A DNA stretch of 64,000 nt from an uncultured delta proteobacterium (GTDB lineage: Bacteria; Myxococcota_A; Polyangia; Polyangiales; Polyangiaceae), in contig CAVQUB010000010.1 in the NCBI GenBank assembly GCA_963716725.1, positions 32,001-96,000 on the forward strand. Direction: 5' to 3'. Each line of letters opens with the position of its first letter. The first letter of the stretch is position 1. The translations under genes and the position numbers were made by a program. Under the pieces are notes generated by a model. The model searched no databases and was not told the DNA's origin. It worked only from the letters and a program-made list of their open reading frames with translations. Of this stretch, positions 28,313-37,796 are shown one piece after another.

Positions 28313-29701
28313 ATGGACTCGAAGCTGCAAGCGAGCCTCGATGCCGTACGGCAAGCGGGGGCACGTGCGGGAACAGCCGCGAAAACGGGAAGCGAACCCT
28401 CGCGCGCGCTGAAGACCGTGCTCGATTTCCCATTTCGAATCGATCTGGGCGACGAGACCCGCGCGCGTGTCGGAGCGCTGTTCGAGTCCGTCAAGGCCAC
28501 GCCGGCAGAAGGGGATTGGCCGTCGCTCTACCGAGAAGCTCTGGCGGTCTGCCAGCTGGCAGCCGGCGAGATCGACGCGCGAGCCGGTCGGCTTCAGAGG
28601 GACTCGATCACCATCGCGGAGGAGTCCGAACGGGCAAACCGCACTGCTGGCAGCGGGCACAGTCGAACGGAGGAGGCACGCCGCGACGCTCATCGGGCAG
28701 CGCAGCGCGTGGCCAAGGATTGGACCGAGCGGACGCGCCGGCAGCTCGAACACGTCAACTACGAGTGCGTGTCCACCGCCACGACGACGCTCGAGCGCGA
28801 GGGGGTGCAGATGCATCCACCGCCGGGGCTCCTCCCCCCGGCCACCGAACAGAGCCTAACGCTGAGCGCGCGCCCGGACTGGTGGCACCGCTACGCGAGC
28901 TACGTACAACAGTCCTGCGATCGCTGGACGCAGGTCACGAGTCACGGGCTCGAGAGCGGGCTTCGCGAGGCGTTGAGCGCGTCCATGCAGGCGTCTGGAG
29001 CCGGCGTGCCGCTGTCGGAACCTGGGTCTGCGCGGGCGGCGCCGGACACGGACATGCTGCTGGGCGGGAGACCACCCCCGCAGCAGGTGGTGGAAGTTCC
29101 TGGGCTGCTCGCGACGGCATTCCTGCGAGTGCGGTCCGTCGGGTTCACGGTGATGGGTATTCTGACGCTCGCAGGCGTGTTCGGGCTGGGCGCCGGCAAG
29201 GCGCGCTCCCCCCCTCCGGCGCCGGCCGCGGTCGAGCCACCTGGGGTGGCTAAGAGCGAGAACCCTCCCCTTGACCCCGAGACTCTAAAAGTGGCGTTGG
29301 TTGTCGCCGGGTTGTTCTTGCTTTGCATCGGCATCTACCAGGCCATCGCGACGCAGCGCAAAGAACGAGACAAGGGCGTCGCGGCGCAGCGCCAAGCGCT
29401 GGATGCGTACATCCGCGCTGAAGTGCAACGCATGCTGGAGCGACACCGGGGCAAACTCGAGCGCTTCGTGCAGGCACGGATCGAAGACTGGGAGGCTGCG
29501 ATCGACGCGCACCACGCCGCGCACGTGCTCCCTCGGCTCGAACGGGATTCGGCGGAGCACGTCGAGAGCCTTCGCGAACTCAAGCTGCGGGCAACCGCCG
29601 TGAACGATGAGTTGTCCAAAGCACGGAGCCAACGAGCCACACTGCAGAGCGCCTGGGTCGAGCTCCAATCCCAGGCTCGGGATCTGGGGGTCGGTCAGTG
29701 A
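28313..29701 (+). CDS. Hypothetical coiled-coil protein with two TM helices
   Basis: Helical N-terminus, hydrophobic segments VGFTVMGILTLAGVFGLG and VALVVAGLFLLCIGIY, then a long charged C-terminal coiled coil. Confidence 0.75.
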   Translation: MDSKLQASLDAVRQAGARAGTAAKTGSEPSRALKTVLDFPFRIDLGDETRARVGALFESVKATPAEGDWPSLYREALAVCQLAAGEIDARAGRLQRDSITIAEESERANRTAGSGHSRTEEARRDAHRAAQRVAKDWTERTRRQLEHVNYECVSTATTTLEREGVQMHPPPGLLPPATEQSLTLSARPDWWHRYASYVQQSCDRWTQVTSHGLESGLREALSASMQASGAGVPLSEPGSARAAPDTDMLLGGRPPPQQVVEVPGLLATAFLRVRSVGFTVMGILTLAGVFGLGAGKARSPPPAPAAVEPPGVAKSENPPLDPETLKVALVVAGLFLLCIGIYQAIATQRKERDKGVAAQRQALDAYIRAEVQRMLERHRGKLERFVQARIEDWEAAIDAHHAAHVLPRLERDSAEHVESLRELKLRATAVNDELSKARSQRATLQSAWVELQSQARDLGVGQ

Positions 29702-30555
29702 CCGCCGAACAGCTCGTCGAGCTCGTCCAGCAAATCGATAACGGTCTGCGCGCCGACGTTGATCAGGCTGACACCATCCAGGAGCAACGTCTTGGCTTCG
29801 CCTGCTGCTTGCAGCGCCTCCGATACGGTGGTGACGGCGGCGATCAAACGCCCGGCGGTGCCTCCTACGTCGGTCCCCAGCCCCTGCAGCTCGTTGCGCG
29901 AGCGCGACTCCGCTAGGTCAAGCACCCGTTGAGCGTCTACGTCCAAGCGTTGACGATTACGCTCCAGCGTTGAACAGACATTCCCGGCGGTGATGGCGGC
30001 CGACTCCGCGAACGAGACGGCGCACGACCGGGTGGGAGTGACGCAGTCGTCCGTCAGCACGGCCAGGGTGTTGGAGGTTTGCTCGACGACGCGATTCCGC
30101 GTGCCAGCGAGCTGCTGGCTGGCATCCCCGCCCAGCTGCTCACCGGGTTGCTCGAGCGCGCCGCCTGTCGCGGAGACGGCCAGCGCGCGATCGGTCAAGA
30201 GTGCGACGGCCTCCGACGCCGTGGTCATCGCGGCTTCCAGGGTGCTGCGAGCACTTTCCGCCGCGAGCTGGAGCGCATCGATTTCGGCGCGCACCAGTTC
30301 GAGGCCGTGCCCCGGCTCGCCTGCCACTTCCGCCAACTCCGGGCGGAAGCCGCGCAGTTCGGCCAGGACGGTGCCCCCGACGCCAGCCATTGCCTCGGAC
30401 GCCCGGTCCCATTCGCTGGCGAGCGAGGTCAATTCCTCCAGAACACTCGCGAGCGCCGCCTCGTCCAGCGGCACGAGCTGATGCTCGAGCTCGGCAGCGG
30501 CGGACTCGAATGCCTCGAGAGCGCTTTGCAGCTCCACACTTTGGGTCTCAGTCAT
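29695..30555 (-). CDS. Hypothetical all-helical acidic protein D (286 aa)
   Basis: Ala/Glu/Leu-rich heptad-like pattern. 8-nt overlap with the upstream gene. Amphipathic C-terminus. Confidence 0.75.
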   Translation of the reverse strand: MTETQSVELQSALEAFESAAAELEHQLVPLDEAALASVLEELTSLASEWDRASEAMAGVGGTVLAELRGFRPELAEVAGEPGHGLELVRAEIDALQLAAESARSTLEAAMTTASEAVALLTDRALAVSATGGALEQPGEQLGGDASQQLAGTRNRVVEQTSNTLAVLTDDCVTPTRSCAVSFAESAAITAGNVCSTLERNRQRLDVDAQRVLDLAESRSRNELQGLGTDVGGTAGRLIAAVTTVSEALQAAGEAKTLLLDGVSLINVGAQTVIDLLDELDELFGGH

Positions 30556-31465
30556 CCCCGCCCCCGCGCTCTTTCTCTTCCTCCTCGCGTCTCAGTCGTT
30601 CATCCTCGGCTATGATGTCCGGGGCCTTCGCGGAGACCGATGTGAACAGCCTCGACAGCCGCTCGAAGAGGCTGCTCGACTCTCCGGTCTGCCTGCCGAC
30701 TTCTCGCCCACCGTCTCTCAGAGCGTTGCCGGCATCGCCGAGCGCCGCGACCAGTTCGTCGACGGCTTGCGCTATCCGAACCTGCACTTCCGATTGGATC
30801 GCACTGCGTGACGCGGCAATCAGACCCGACGTCCGTGACCGGACTGTGCCGAGCAACAAACTACCGATGAACGAACCGAACTCGGTCCCCTGTGCTTCGC
30901 AGGTGTCCGCCGCTTCGGACAGGGCAGATTGAATGTTGGAAATCGCGTCCCCCGCGGCTTCAACGACGGTTTGTTCAGCATCTGACGCGCTCTGGCTCGA
31001 CTCGCCGACGCTCCCCACCAGCTCGTCTCCAGCAGCTACGAGATCACCCAGGCCGGCGTCGAGGTTGCTGCTTGCGGACTGCGCGACGTCGTGTGCGTCC
31101 GCGGCGCTCGAGCGCGCCTGCTCCAGCTTCGTCCGCAGATCGACGAGCGACTGAGTCGTAAGGTGCACGAGCTCGCTCACGCCGGCATCAATCGCTCGTT
31201 CGGAATCGGAATTCAGTCCGGATCCCATGCTGTCCTGTTCGGGCAGCCGCATTGCCGTCACGGAGTGAAACTCCGACACCATCTCACTGTGGAGGCCCCG
31301 CAGCACAGCCGACGCTGCTCCCTCTGCTGCGGCGAGCGCCGGAGGCAGGTCCCGCAGTCGCAAACGCGCCTCCTCGTGTGCCACTGACCAAGCCGACGCT
31401 TTCTGTAGCAATTCGTTTGCGCGCTCGCCAGCGGCGAGCAACCGGACGAGGGCCTCGTCGGTCAC
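30548..31465 (-). CDS. Hypothetical all-helical acidic protein C (305 aa)
   Basis: Ala/Ser/Glu-rich. GTGA overlap with the upstream gene. Charged tail EDERLRREEEEKER. Confidence 0.75.
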   Translation of the reverse strand: MTDEALVRLLAAGERANELLQKASAWSVAHEEARLRLRDLPPALAAAEGAASAVLRGLHSEMVSEFHSVTAMRLPEQDSMGSGLNSDSERAIDAGVSELVHLTTQSLVDLRTKLEQARSSAADAHDVAQSASSNLDAGLGDLVAAGDELVGSVGESSQSASDAEQTVVEAAGDAISNIQSALSEAADTCEAQGTEFGSFIGSLLLGTVRSRTSGLIAASRSAIQSEVQVRIAQAVDELVAALGDAGNALRDGGREVGRQTGESSSLFERLSRLFTSVSAKAPDIIAEDERLRREEEEKERGGGDD

Positions 31466-32337
31466 AATCCAAACACCCCTTTCAGTGCGTTGATTGCTTT
31501 GGCCGCGTGCTTGGCAGCGACGAGGGCGGGGAGTGCCGGTCCCAGCGCAGCCGTGATCTGCGAGCCCACAGTCGTCGTGAGCGCCGCTTCAGCAACGTCT
31601 TGTGCGAGCGCCTGCACGCCGTTGGACACCGCTCGCAAAGCGCCTTCCTTGATGCGGCCGACCAAGGTGTCGCGGATCTCGGTGGCAACCGATGACAGCG
31701 CCGAGTTCCATGTGTGGTCGAGGTCTGTGCCGAGTCCCATCGCTTCGCCCACGAACCCATCGACCTCCGAATCGATCGCGGCTCCCAGTCCGTCCATCGC
31801 GCCGTCGAGGGAGCTCGTCAGCGCTTCGCTGACGGTATTTGTGCTCTGGGCTAGCGACGCTTCCGTCGCTGCCTCGTGTTCCTCCGATACGGCGTCACCG
31901 AACTCATCGAGCGCGGAGCTGACCGACGATTGTTGGCGCAGAATCGCCGCCGCACAGCGTTGTCCGTCCTCCGTGAGCGCAGCGAGCGCCTCCGCGAGCG
32001 CGTCCAGCTCGGACAAGACGTCATCAGCGAAAGCATCCAGATCCCGAACTCCGCCCGCGGCTTGCGCGAGGTCGCGCTCGAGCGACGCGGTGATGTCACC
32101 CAGAGAGGCGTCGGTGTGGCCATTGGCCGCTTCATCAGCCGAACTCCGGGTACCGGGCGAGTCGTTGCCGTTTGCAAATGCCCCGGCGAATGAGAGCCCA
32201 ACGCCTTGTGCGGGCTCTGACAGCACGGGCTCCGCTGTCGGGGGGAGCATGGCGGTCAGCGCGTCGAAGGCGACAGCAACCTGCGCAAGCTCAGCAACGG
32301 CGGCCCGCCAGTTTGTCTCTGGGTCAGCGGTGGACAT
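31462..32337 (-). CDS. Hypothetical all-helical acidic protein B (291 aa)
   Basis: Ala/Asp-rich. Hydrophobic C-terminal hairpin ITAALGPALPALVAAKHAAKAINALKGVFGL. Confidence 0.75.
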   Translation of the reverse strand: MSTADPETNWRAAVAELAQVAVAFDALTAMLPPTAEPVLSEPAQGVGLSFAGAFANGNDSPGTRSSADEAANGHTDASLGDITASLERDLAQAAGGVRDLDAFADDVLSELDALAEALAALTEDGQRCAAAILRQQSSVSSALDEFGDAVSEEHEAATEASLAQSTNTVSEALTSSLDGAMDGLGAAIDSEVDGFVGEAMGLGTDLDHTWNSALSSVATEIRDTLVGRIKEGALRAVSNGVQALAQDVAEAALTTTVGSQITAALGPALPALVAAKHAAKAINALKGVFGL

Positions 32338-32339
32338 GC

Positions 32340-33176
32340 CTACAAAATTGCTTTCGCCATCTCGAGGATGGGCTTGATGGTCTCGATGACATCCAGTATC
32401 GGGCGGATCTTTCCGATCAGGCCGGCCAGCGAGTCCTCGAACTCCCCCACACCTTCCTCCTTCGCATTGCCCAGCAACGAGGTCGCGGCGCGGACGCCGG
32501 ACGCTGCGGTTTCGAGCGACTGGATGGCTTGAGTGAGGAAGCTCGATTCGATCTTCGAGGAACTAGTGTTGACGGAGCCGTCGAGGTGGTCCGAGAAATT
32601 CTCAGAACGTCCACGAAAGTGTTCGGTCAAGGAATCTACCGCTTGCGCCAACGTCTCCGAGTTCGCCTTCACCGTGGACGCCCATGAGGAGAGTCGCTCC
32701 TCCACTGTCCCGGCTCGTTCTTCGGTCTCGGTCAAGAGCAGCCCCGTGGCGTCGTTCACCTCCGACATTGCAGCTTCGGCGGAGGACAACCGAGTGCTCA
32801 ACAACTCTTGAAGCTCACTCGCACGCGACGAGATGCTCGAGAGCGAGTCCTCCCCCTGGTTCTCGAGCGTCTCAACCAGCGAGCGCAGCGACGCTACACG
32901 GGGCGCTAGCTCGCCCAAGTTCTCGCCGCTGGTCGTGCCGCGAGCCGCGCGAAGGCTCTCGAGCCGGCTTCGAGCCAGGTCGACTTCGGTGTCCCAATCG
33001 GTCTGTGCCGCGTTGAGGTTGCCGCGCGACCGCTCCAGAAGAACCCGCGCGTCTGCGACCGCGGCGCAGAACGCATGGTGCGTGGTGCGCGCTTGCTCTG
33101 CGAGTCGCGTCATCGCGGCAGTCGCGGACCGCAGCTGCGCCACGGCGTCCGCGTCCGAAGCCGGGTGGAGTGGCAC
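32340..33176 (-). CDS. Hypothetical all-helical acidic protein A (278 aa)
   Basis: Ser/Glu/Ala-rich. Amphipathic C-terminus LAGLIGKIRPILDVIETIKPILEMAKAIL. Confidence 0.75.
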   Translation of the reverse strand: MPLHPASDADAVAQLRSATAAMTRLAEQARTTHHAFCAAVADARVLLERSRGNLNAAQTDWDTEVDLARSRLESLRAARGTTSGENLGELAPRVASLRSLVETLENQGEDSLSSISSRASELQELLSTRLSSAEAAMSEVNDATGLLLTETEERAGTVEERLSSWASTVKANSETLAQAVDSLTEHFRGRSENFSDHLDGSVNTSSSKIESSFLTQAIQSLETAASGVRAATSLLGNAKEEGVGEFEDSLAGLIGKIRPILDVIETIKPILEMAKAIL

Positions 33177-33547
33177 GGGGGCATGTTAGCCGGCCATCGA
33201 GGCCGGGGTCGAGGGTTCGGCGTGCCTCCCGGCGGGATCGCGCACCGACGCATCGGCCGCCGACAAGCGCACCTCGGATGCCCAGCCGATTTGGGCTGGG
33301 GCTCGCGAGCGGAACAGACGCGCGCGGCCGCCCTTGGCCGGCGGTGGGGAGGGGCTCAGGCCCGGAAATGGCTCGACGTGATCCGGTGGCGCCCTGACCC
33401 CTGCCGTCGCGAAGGCCTGGAGCAGTCTCCTTCCGGAAGGGAAGCAGCCTGTCGCGAGCGAGTAGCTACCGATGGACGCACCGCGTCAGCCCCGAGGCGG
33501 CGGCGGCGCTGTCCATGTCCCCGCTCCGCTGCTAAACTTGGGCGGTC

Positions 33548-34216
33548 ATGACACGGTCGCCTGCAGGTTCGGAGCGGAGTCAGCGTGATCGCTCGGCGAG
33601 CCATGAACTGCTCACTGAAACGTACGAGCACGAGTCGGTGGTGAACATCTACCAGTCGCGCCTTCAGTCTTTGTTCTACGACCTCGCTGCCATGTCGCGC
33701 GCGATCGGCATGGACGCGCGCGTCGAGCTCACGCCATCGAGGCGGCGCATCGAGTTGGCCACTGGCTCGTACTTGGCATTGAGGCCGTTTCCAGCAGAAA
33801 TTCCCCGGGAACTGCTCGCGAAGCTTGACCAGATATTCGCTGCTGCGCGCGACGATGATGCCCGTGGTGCGGCGCGCGTGTTCCTGCTCGCGCAGATCGA
33901 CGCCGAGTCGCGACGGACGGGTGGACGCGTCGAGCTGCGCAGGTTCGAAGGAATCAGGATCATATTTGCGGCGCAGTATCCCGAATACGCGACCGGTCTG
34001 ACCGACGAGCGGCTCCAGACCGCCCTCGACGTTTGGGTTCGCCGGGGTGGCCCACGGAAGAACAAGACCATTCCCAAGAAGTGGGTTGCGCTCGCGAACC
34101 TCATGAACGAGGTCGGCCTCGGGCCGATCAAGGCCAGTAGCCTCGCCCAGCAGTGGTTGAGTTCCCCCTGCAACCAAGCCGTGTCCCGGCGGAGAACTCC
34201 TAGGTCGGGGAACTGA
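33548..34216 (+). CDS. Hypothetical protein of the integrase module (possible DNA-binding regulator)
   Basis: Protein-like ORF directly upstream of and co-oriented with xis-int. Confidence 0.5.
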   Translation: MTRSPAGSERSQRDRSASHELLTETYEHESVVNIYQSRLQSLFYDLAAMSRAIGMDARVELTPSRRRIELATGSYLALRPFPAEIPRELLAKLDQIFAAARDDDARGAARVFLLAQIDAESRRTGGRVELRRFEGIRIIFAAQYPEYATGLTDERLQTALDVWVRRGGPRKNKTIPKKWVALANLMNEVGLGPIKASSLAQQWLSSPCNQAVSRRRTPRSGN

Positions 34217-34308
34217 ACAGTTAGTTCCTTGGGCTGTCTGTTTTGGTGCTCGACGCGGTCGTAAGACTTCAGGGTCGGCGGCCCCAAACCAACCCCCCTG
34301 GAGAACCA

Positions 34309-34551
34309 ATGCAGACCAATGATTCGAACCCCCCGGACCAGGAAGGCGCGCTCTGGGACGCCAACGATGTCGCGTCGTACCTCAAAGCCAGCCGGAGCTG
34401 GGTCTACCAGCGCGCTGAAGCTGGCCAGCTCCCTTGCCTTCGCATCGGCGGCTTGCTCCGTTTCGACCCTGCGGCGGTCCGCGCCCATGCACGTGGCGAG
34501 CAGCCCGTGCACGCCCGCGTGATACCCTTGACTCCGCGGCGGAGGAAGTGA
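34309..34551 (+). CDS. Excisionase-like HTH (HTH_17/MerR-like) protein
   Basis: LWDANDVASYLKASRSWVYQRAEAGQLPCLRIGGLLRFD. GGAG RBS before ATG 34309. Lies 3 nt upstream of the integrase. Confidence 0.85.
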   Translation: MQTNDSNPPDQEGALWDANDVASYLKASRSWVYQRAEAGQLPCLRIGGLLRFDPAAVRAHARGEQPVHARVIPLTPRRRK

Positions 34552-34554
34552 GCG

Positions 34555-36075
34555 ATGGCCTCGGTCTACCAGCGTGGAACGAAGTGGTACCTGCGGTTTC
34601 GCGACCGTCATGGTCGCTGGCGCGATCGCGTCTCCGCGGCCCGGACCAAGACCGAGGCCAAGCGGCTTGCCATCGAGGTCGAACAGCGCTCGGAGCGAGA
34701 GCGGCTCGGCTTGGAGGTTCCCCGGGAGCACGACGAGCGCACCGTAGCCGACCTGCTCACCTGGTGGCTCGACACCTACTCGAAGGGCAGCCCCTCGCAT
34801 GAACGGAACCGGGCGACCGTCGAGAAGAACCTGTTAGGGAGCGAGCTAGGCAAGACCCGCCTCGACGACCTGGGCCCCGGGCAGATCGAGACCTACCTGC
34901 AGGCGCGCTCTGCCAGTCTCGCACCGCAGAGCCTGAACCACTTGCGCCGGTTCATCCTCACCGCATTCAACAAGGCCAAGGCAGCCGGAAAATGGCACGG
35001 AGCGAATCCGGCTGCGGAGGTGGCCCGTCGCAAGGTGCCGAAGGGGTTGCCCAGCTTCCTGGCCGCGGACGAGGTTCCGAAGGTGCTCGCGGCCCTGGCC
35101 CCGCGATGGCGCCCGTTGTTCGCTACGGCCATCTACACCGGGCTTCGCCGGGGAGAGCTGCTTGGTCTTCGCAAGCGCGACGTGGACTTCCAGGCCGGCC
35201 TCGTTCACGTGAAGCGTTCCCACGCCGCGAACACTACCAAGGGCGGGCACGCGGACGCAGTCCCGATCGCGACCGAGTTGATCCCCTACCTCCGCGAGGC
35301 ATTCGCTCGCTCGCCGTCCGACTTGGTCTTCCCGAAGGCGGACGGGACCATGATGCGCCCCGACGTAGCCCTCGAAGGCGTCCTTCGCCGTGCGATGGCC
35401 CGTGCCGGCATCGTGGAGGGCTACCAGCACGTCTGCCGGAAGAAAGGCTGCAAGCATGTTGAGCACGTCCTCGACGCGTCAGAACGGCGCTGCCCGGTTC
35501 ACAACCACCGCCTATGGCCCAAGGCCAAGGTCCGCCCCATCCGTTTCCACGATCTCCGCCACACCACGGCGAGCTTGCTCATGATGGCGGGATCCAGCAC
35601 CGCTGCGGTCCAGCGCATCCTGCGCCACAAGGACCCGCGCGTCACGGTCGAGGTCTACGGCCACCTCACGCCCGGATACCTGCGTGCAGAAGTCGATCGC
35701 TTGCAGTTCAATCCCAAGCCGACCGAGCAGAACGAGCAACGGCAAGTCCAACCTGTCGCAGTCAATGCCGATGCGTTTGCTGCACCCGTGCTGCAGAGCT
35801 CGGAGAGCGACACTTCCGACGACGACAGCAGCGACGAAAGTCCCGAGTCGTCTCCACCGGTTAACTTCGCGCGCCCGAGAGGATTCGAACCTCTGACCTA
35901 CGGCTCCGGAGGCCGTCGCTCTATCCAGCTGAGCTACGGGCGCAGTTGGGCGCTCTCACTAGCACGGGGCAACCCGCTGGGAAAGTGGGGTGCTTCGCGC
36001 CTGAGCGGGGGTAAGCTGCGGCCGAAATGCGCGTCATCGTCGTCCCGTGCCTCCAGGACAACTACGCCTACCTGA
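34555..36075 (+). CDS. Tyrosine recombinase/integrase; ORF extends through the tRNA/att site
   Basis: Arm-binding N-terminus, TGLRRGEL (R), FHDLRHT (HxxR), LRHKD..VTVEVYGH (H/Y). Cys-rich insert CRKKGC...CPVH. Confidence 0.93.
   Translation: MASVYQRGTKWYLRFRDRHGRWRDRVSAARTKTEAKRLAIEVEQRSERERLGLEVPREHDERTVADLLTWWLDTYSKGSPSHERNRATVEKNLLGSELGKTRLDDLGPGQIETYLQARSASLAPQSLNHLRRFILTAFNKAKAAGKWHGANPAAEVARRKVPKGLPSFLAADEVPKVLAALAPRWRPLFATAIYTGLRRGELLGLRKRDVDFQAGLVHVKRSHAANTTKGGHADAVPIATELIPYLREAFARSPSDLVFPKADGTMMRPDVALEGVLRRAMARAGIVEGYQHVCRKKGCKHVEHVLDASERRCPVHNHRLWPKAKVRPIRFHDLRHTTASLLMMAGSSTAAVQRILRHKDPRVTVEVYGHLTPGYLRAEVDRLQFNPKPTEQNEQRQVQPVAVNADAFAAPVLQSSESDTSDDDSSDESPESSPPVNFARPRGFEPLTYGSGGRRSIQLSYGRSWALSLARGNPLGKWGASRLSGGKLRPKCASSSSRASRTTTPT
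35870..35943 (-). tRNA. tRNA-Arg(CCG)
   Basis: Reverse complement GCGCCCGTAGCTCAGCTGGATAGAGCGACGGCCTCCGGAGCCGTAGGTCAGAGGTTCGAATCCTCTCGGGCGCG folds as a cloverleaf with anticodon CCG and T-loop GTTCGAAT. CCA not encoded. Confidence 0.96.
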
Positions 36076-36788
36076 TCCACCTGGAGGGCAGCGGCGACGC
36101 CGTGGTCGTCGATCCGAGCGAGACCGCGCCGGTGGTCGCCGCGCTGGAGGCGCACGGGCTGAGACTCACCGGGATCCTCTCGACCCACCACCACTGGGAC
36201 CACATCGGCGGAAATGAGGAGCTGAGCGAGCGCTTTGGGCACCCGCCGGTATACGGACACCGCTCCGACGCCGGGCGCATCCCGCTGCTGAGCGTGAAGC
36301 TGGACCACGAAGAGCAGTTCGAACTCGCCGGGCTCGGCTTCCGCGCGCTGCACGTCCCCGGGCACACCTCGGGGGCACTCGCCTACGTTACGGGAGACGC
36401 GGTGTTCACTGGGGACACCTTGTTCGCGGCGGGCTGCGGCCGCCTGTTCGAGGGCACACCGAAGCAGATGTACGAGTCGTTGAACGTGAAGCTCGGGGGA
36501 CTCCCGGATGCGACGCGCGTGTTCTGCGGCCACGAGTACACGGCATCGAACCTGCACTTCGCGCAGTCGGTCGAGCCAGATAACGCCGACGTGCGGGCGA
36601 GGGTCGAGCGCGTGGCTTCGCTGCAATCACGCGGCGAGCCCACCGTGCCCTCGAGCATCGGCGATGAGCGGCGGACCAATCCGTTCATGCGCTGCGACAG
36701 CCCGGCGATTCGACGCAAGTTCGAGGGCGCGCAGAGCGCGGTGGACGTGCTCGCGCAGCTCCGCGAGGCGAAGGACTCTTTCCAGTGA
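36027..36788 (+). CDS. gloB: Hydroxyacylglutathione hydrolase (glyoxalase II)
   Basis: DNYAYL, THHHWDHIGG, PGHT, FTGDTLFAAGCGRLFEG, CGHEYT and TNPFMR. Confidence 0.95.
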   Translation: MRVIVVPCLQDNYAYLIHLEGSGDAVVVDPSETAPVVAALEAHGLRLTGILSTHHHWDHIGGNEELSERFGHPPVYGHRSDAGRIPLLSVKLDHEEQFELAGLGFRALHVPGHTSGALAYVTGDAVFTGDTLFAAGCGRLFEGTPKQMYESLNVKLGGLPDATRVFCGHEYTASNLHFAQSVEPDNADVRARVERVASLQSRGEPTVPSSIGDERRTNPFMRCDSPAIRRKFEGAQSAVDVLAQLREAKDSFQ

Positions 36789-37792
36789 CGGCGGGCCGAG
36801 CGCCGCTGGTGCTGGCGCTGGCGCTAGTGGCCCTGGCCTGCGACGGGCGTGGAGCGAAGGCGAATTCGCCGGCGGTCCCCGAAGCGGCACCCGCCGCTTC
36901 AGGCTCGACCCTTGCGAAGGTCGAGTCAGCACCGAGCGCGAGCGCGAACGCGGGACCGACGGGGCCGATCACCCCCGCGACCGAGGTCACGTGGGTCTAC
37001 GACTCGACGCCGGTCGGACCGATGCAGATCGTGGTGCGGCTGCCGGCGCGCCGAGCGGGGCAGCGGTTTCCGGTGCTGATCGCCATGCACGGGCGGGGCG
37101 AGGCGATGAAGGGGCCCGCCCACGGGGCCCGCGGCTGGGTCGACGACTATGGGCTCGTGGCGGCTCTCGGACGCCTGCACGCGCCGCCGCTGGTCCCAAA
37201 GGATCTCGAGGCCCTCGCGGCGCCGGAGCGCCTCGCCCGCCTGAACGCGGCGCTCGTGGATCGCGCCTTCGGCGATCTCGTCGTGGTGTGTCCGTACACG
37301 CCCGACATCCTGGCCGGCGATCGTGCCTTCAGCGCAGCGTTGCCCCTCGCTCGCTTCCTGGTCGACGAGCTCTTGCCTCGCGTGAACCGCGAGACACCGT
37401 CGCTCGGCACGGCAGCATCGACGGGGATCGATGGAGTGAGCCTGGGGGGGCGCGCGGCGCTACTCGTCGGGCTGGAGCGCGCCGAGTCGTTTGGAGCAGT
37501 GGCCGCGCTTCAGGCGGCCTTCGACTCGGCCGACGCGCCCGAGCTGACACGTCGCGCCAAGCGCGCTCGGGAGAAGAACCCGAAGCTCTCGATCCGCCTG
37601 CTCACGAGTGAGGGCGACTTCTTTCTGCGCGCCAACAAGAACATCTCGAAGGCATTCGGCGAGGCCGGGGTGCCCCACGAGCTTCGCGTGGTGCCCGGCC
37701 CGCACGACTACGTGTTCAATCGAGGGCCAGGGGTCTACGAGATGCTCCTGTTCCACGACCGCGTGCTGCGTGGCGCCGCGGCCATCCCCTGA
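36785..37792 (+). CDS. Alpha/beta-hydrolase (esterase) lipoprotein
   Basis: Lipobox ALAC, MHGRGE, nucleophile elbow GVSLGG and GPHDY. Confidence 0.8.
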   Translation: MTAGRAPLVLALALVALACDGRGAKANSPAVPEAAPAASGSTLAKVESAPSASANAGPTGPITPATEVTWVYDSTPVGPMQIVVRLPARRAGQRFPVLIAMHGRGEAMKGPAHGARGWVDDYGLVAALGRLHAPPLVPKDLEALAAPERLARLNAALVDRAFGDLVVVCPYTPDILAGDRAFSAALPLARFLVDELLPRVNRETPSLGTAASTGIDGVSLGGRAALLVGLERAESFGAVAALQAAFDSADAPELTRRAKRAREKNPKLSIRLLTSEGDFFLRANKNISKAFGEAGVPHELRVVPGPHDYVFNRGPGVYEMLLFHDRVLRGAAAIP

Positions 37793-37796
37793 GCGG

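Larger units (their letters stand above)
1..35943. mobile_element. Integrative defence island inserted at tRNA-Arg(CCG); left end lies outside the window
   Basis: Excisionase-like HTH and tyrosine integrase abut the 3' end of a tRNA. Defence/accessory genes lie on one side and housekeeping genes (gloB ... pyrG) on the other. No second att copy was seen in the window. Confidence 0.8.

Noticed and set aside
33548..36075. Prophage
   Set aside because: Only xis/int are present; no capsid, terminase, tail or lysis genes in the window.
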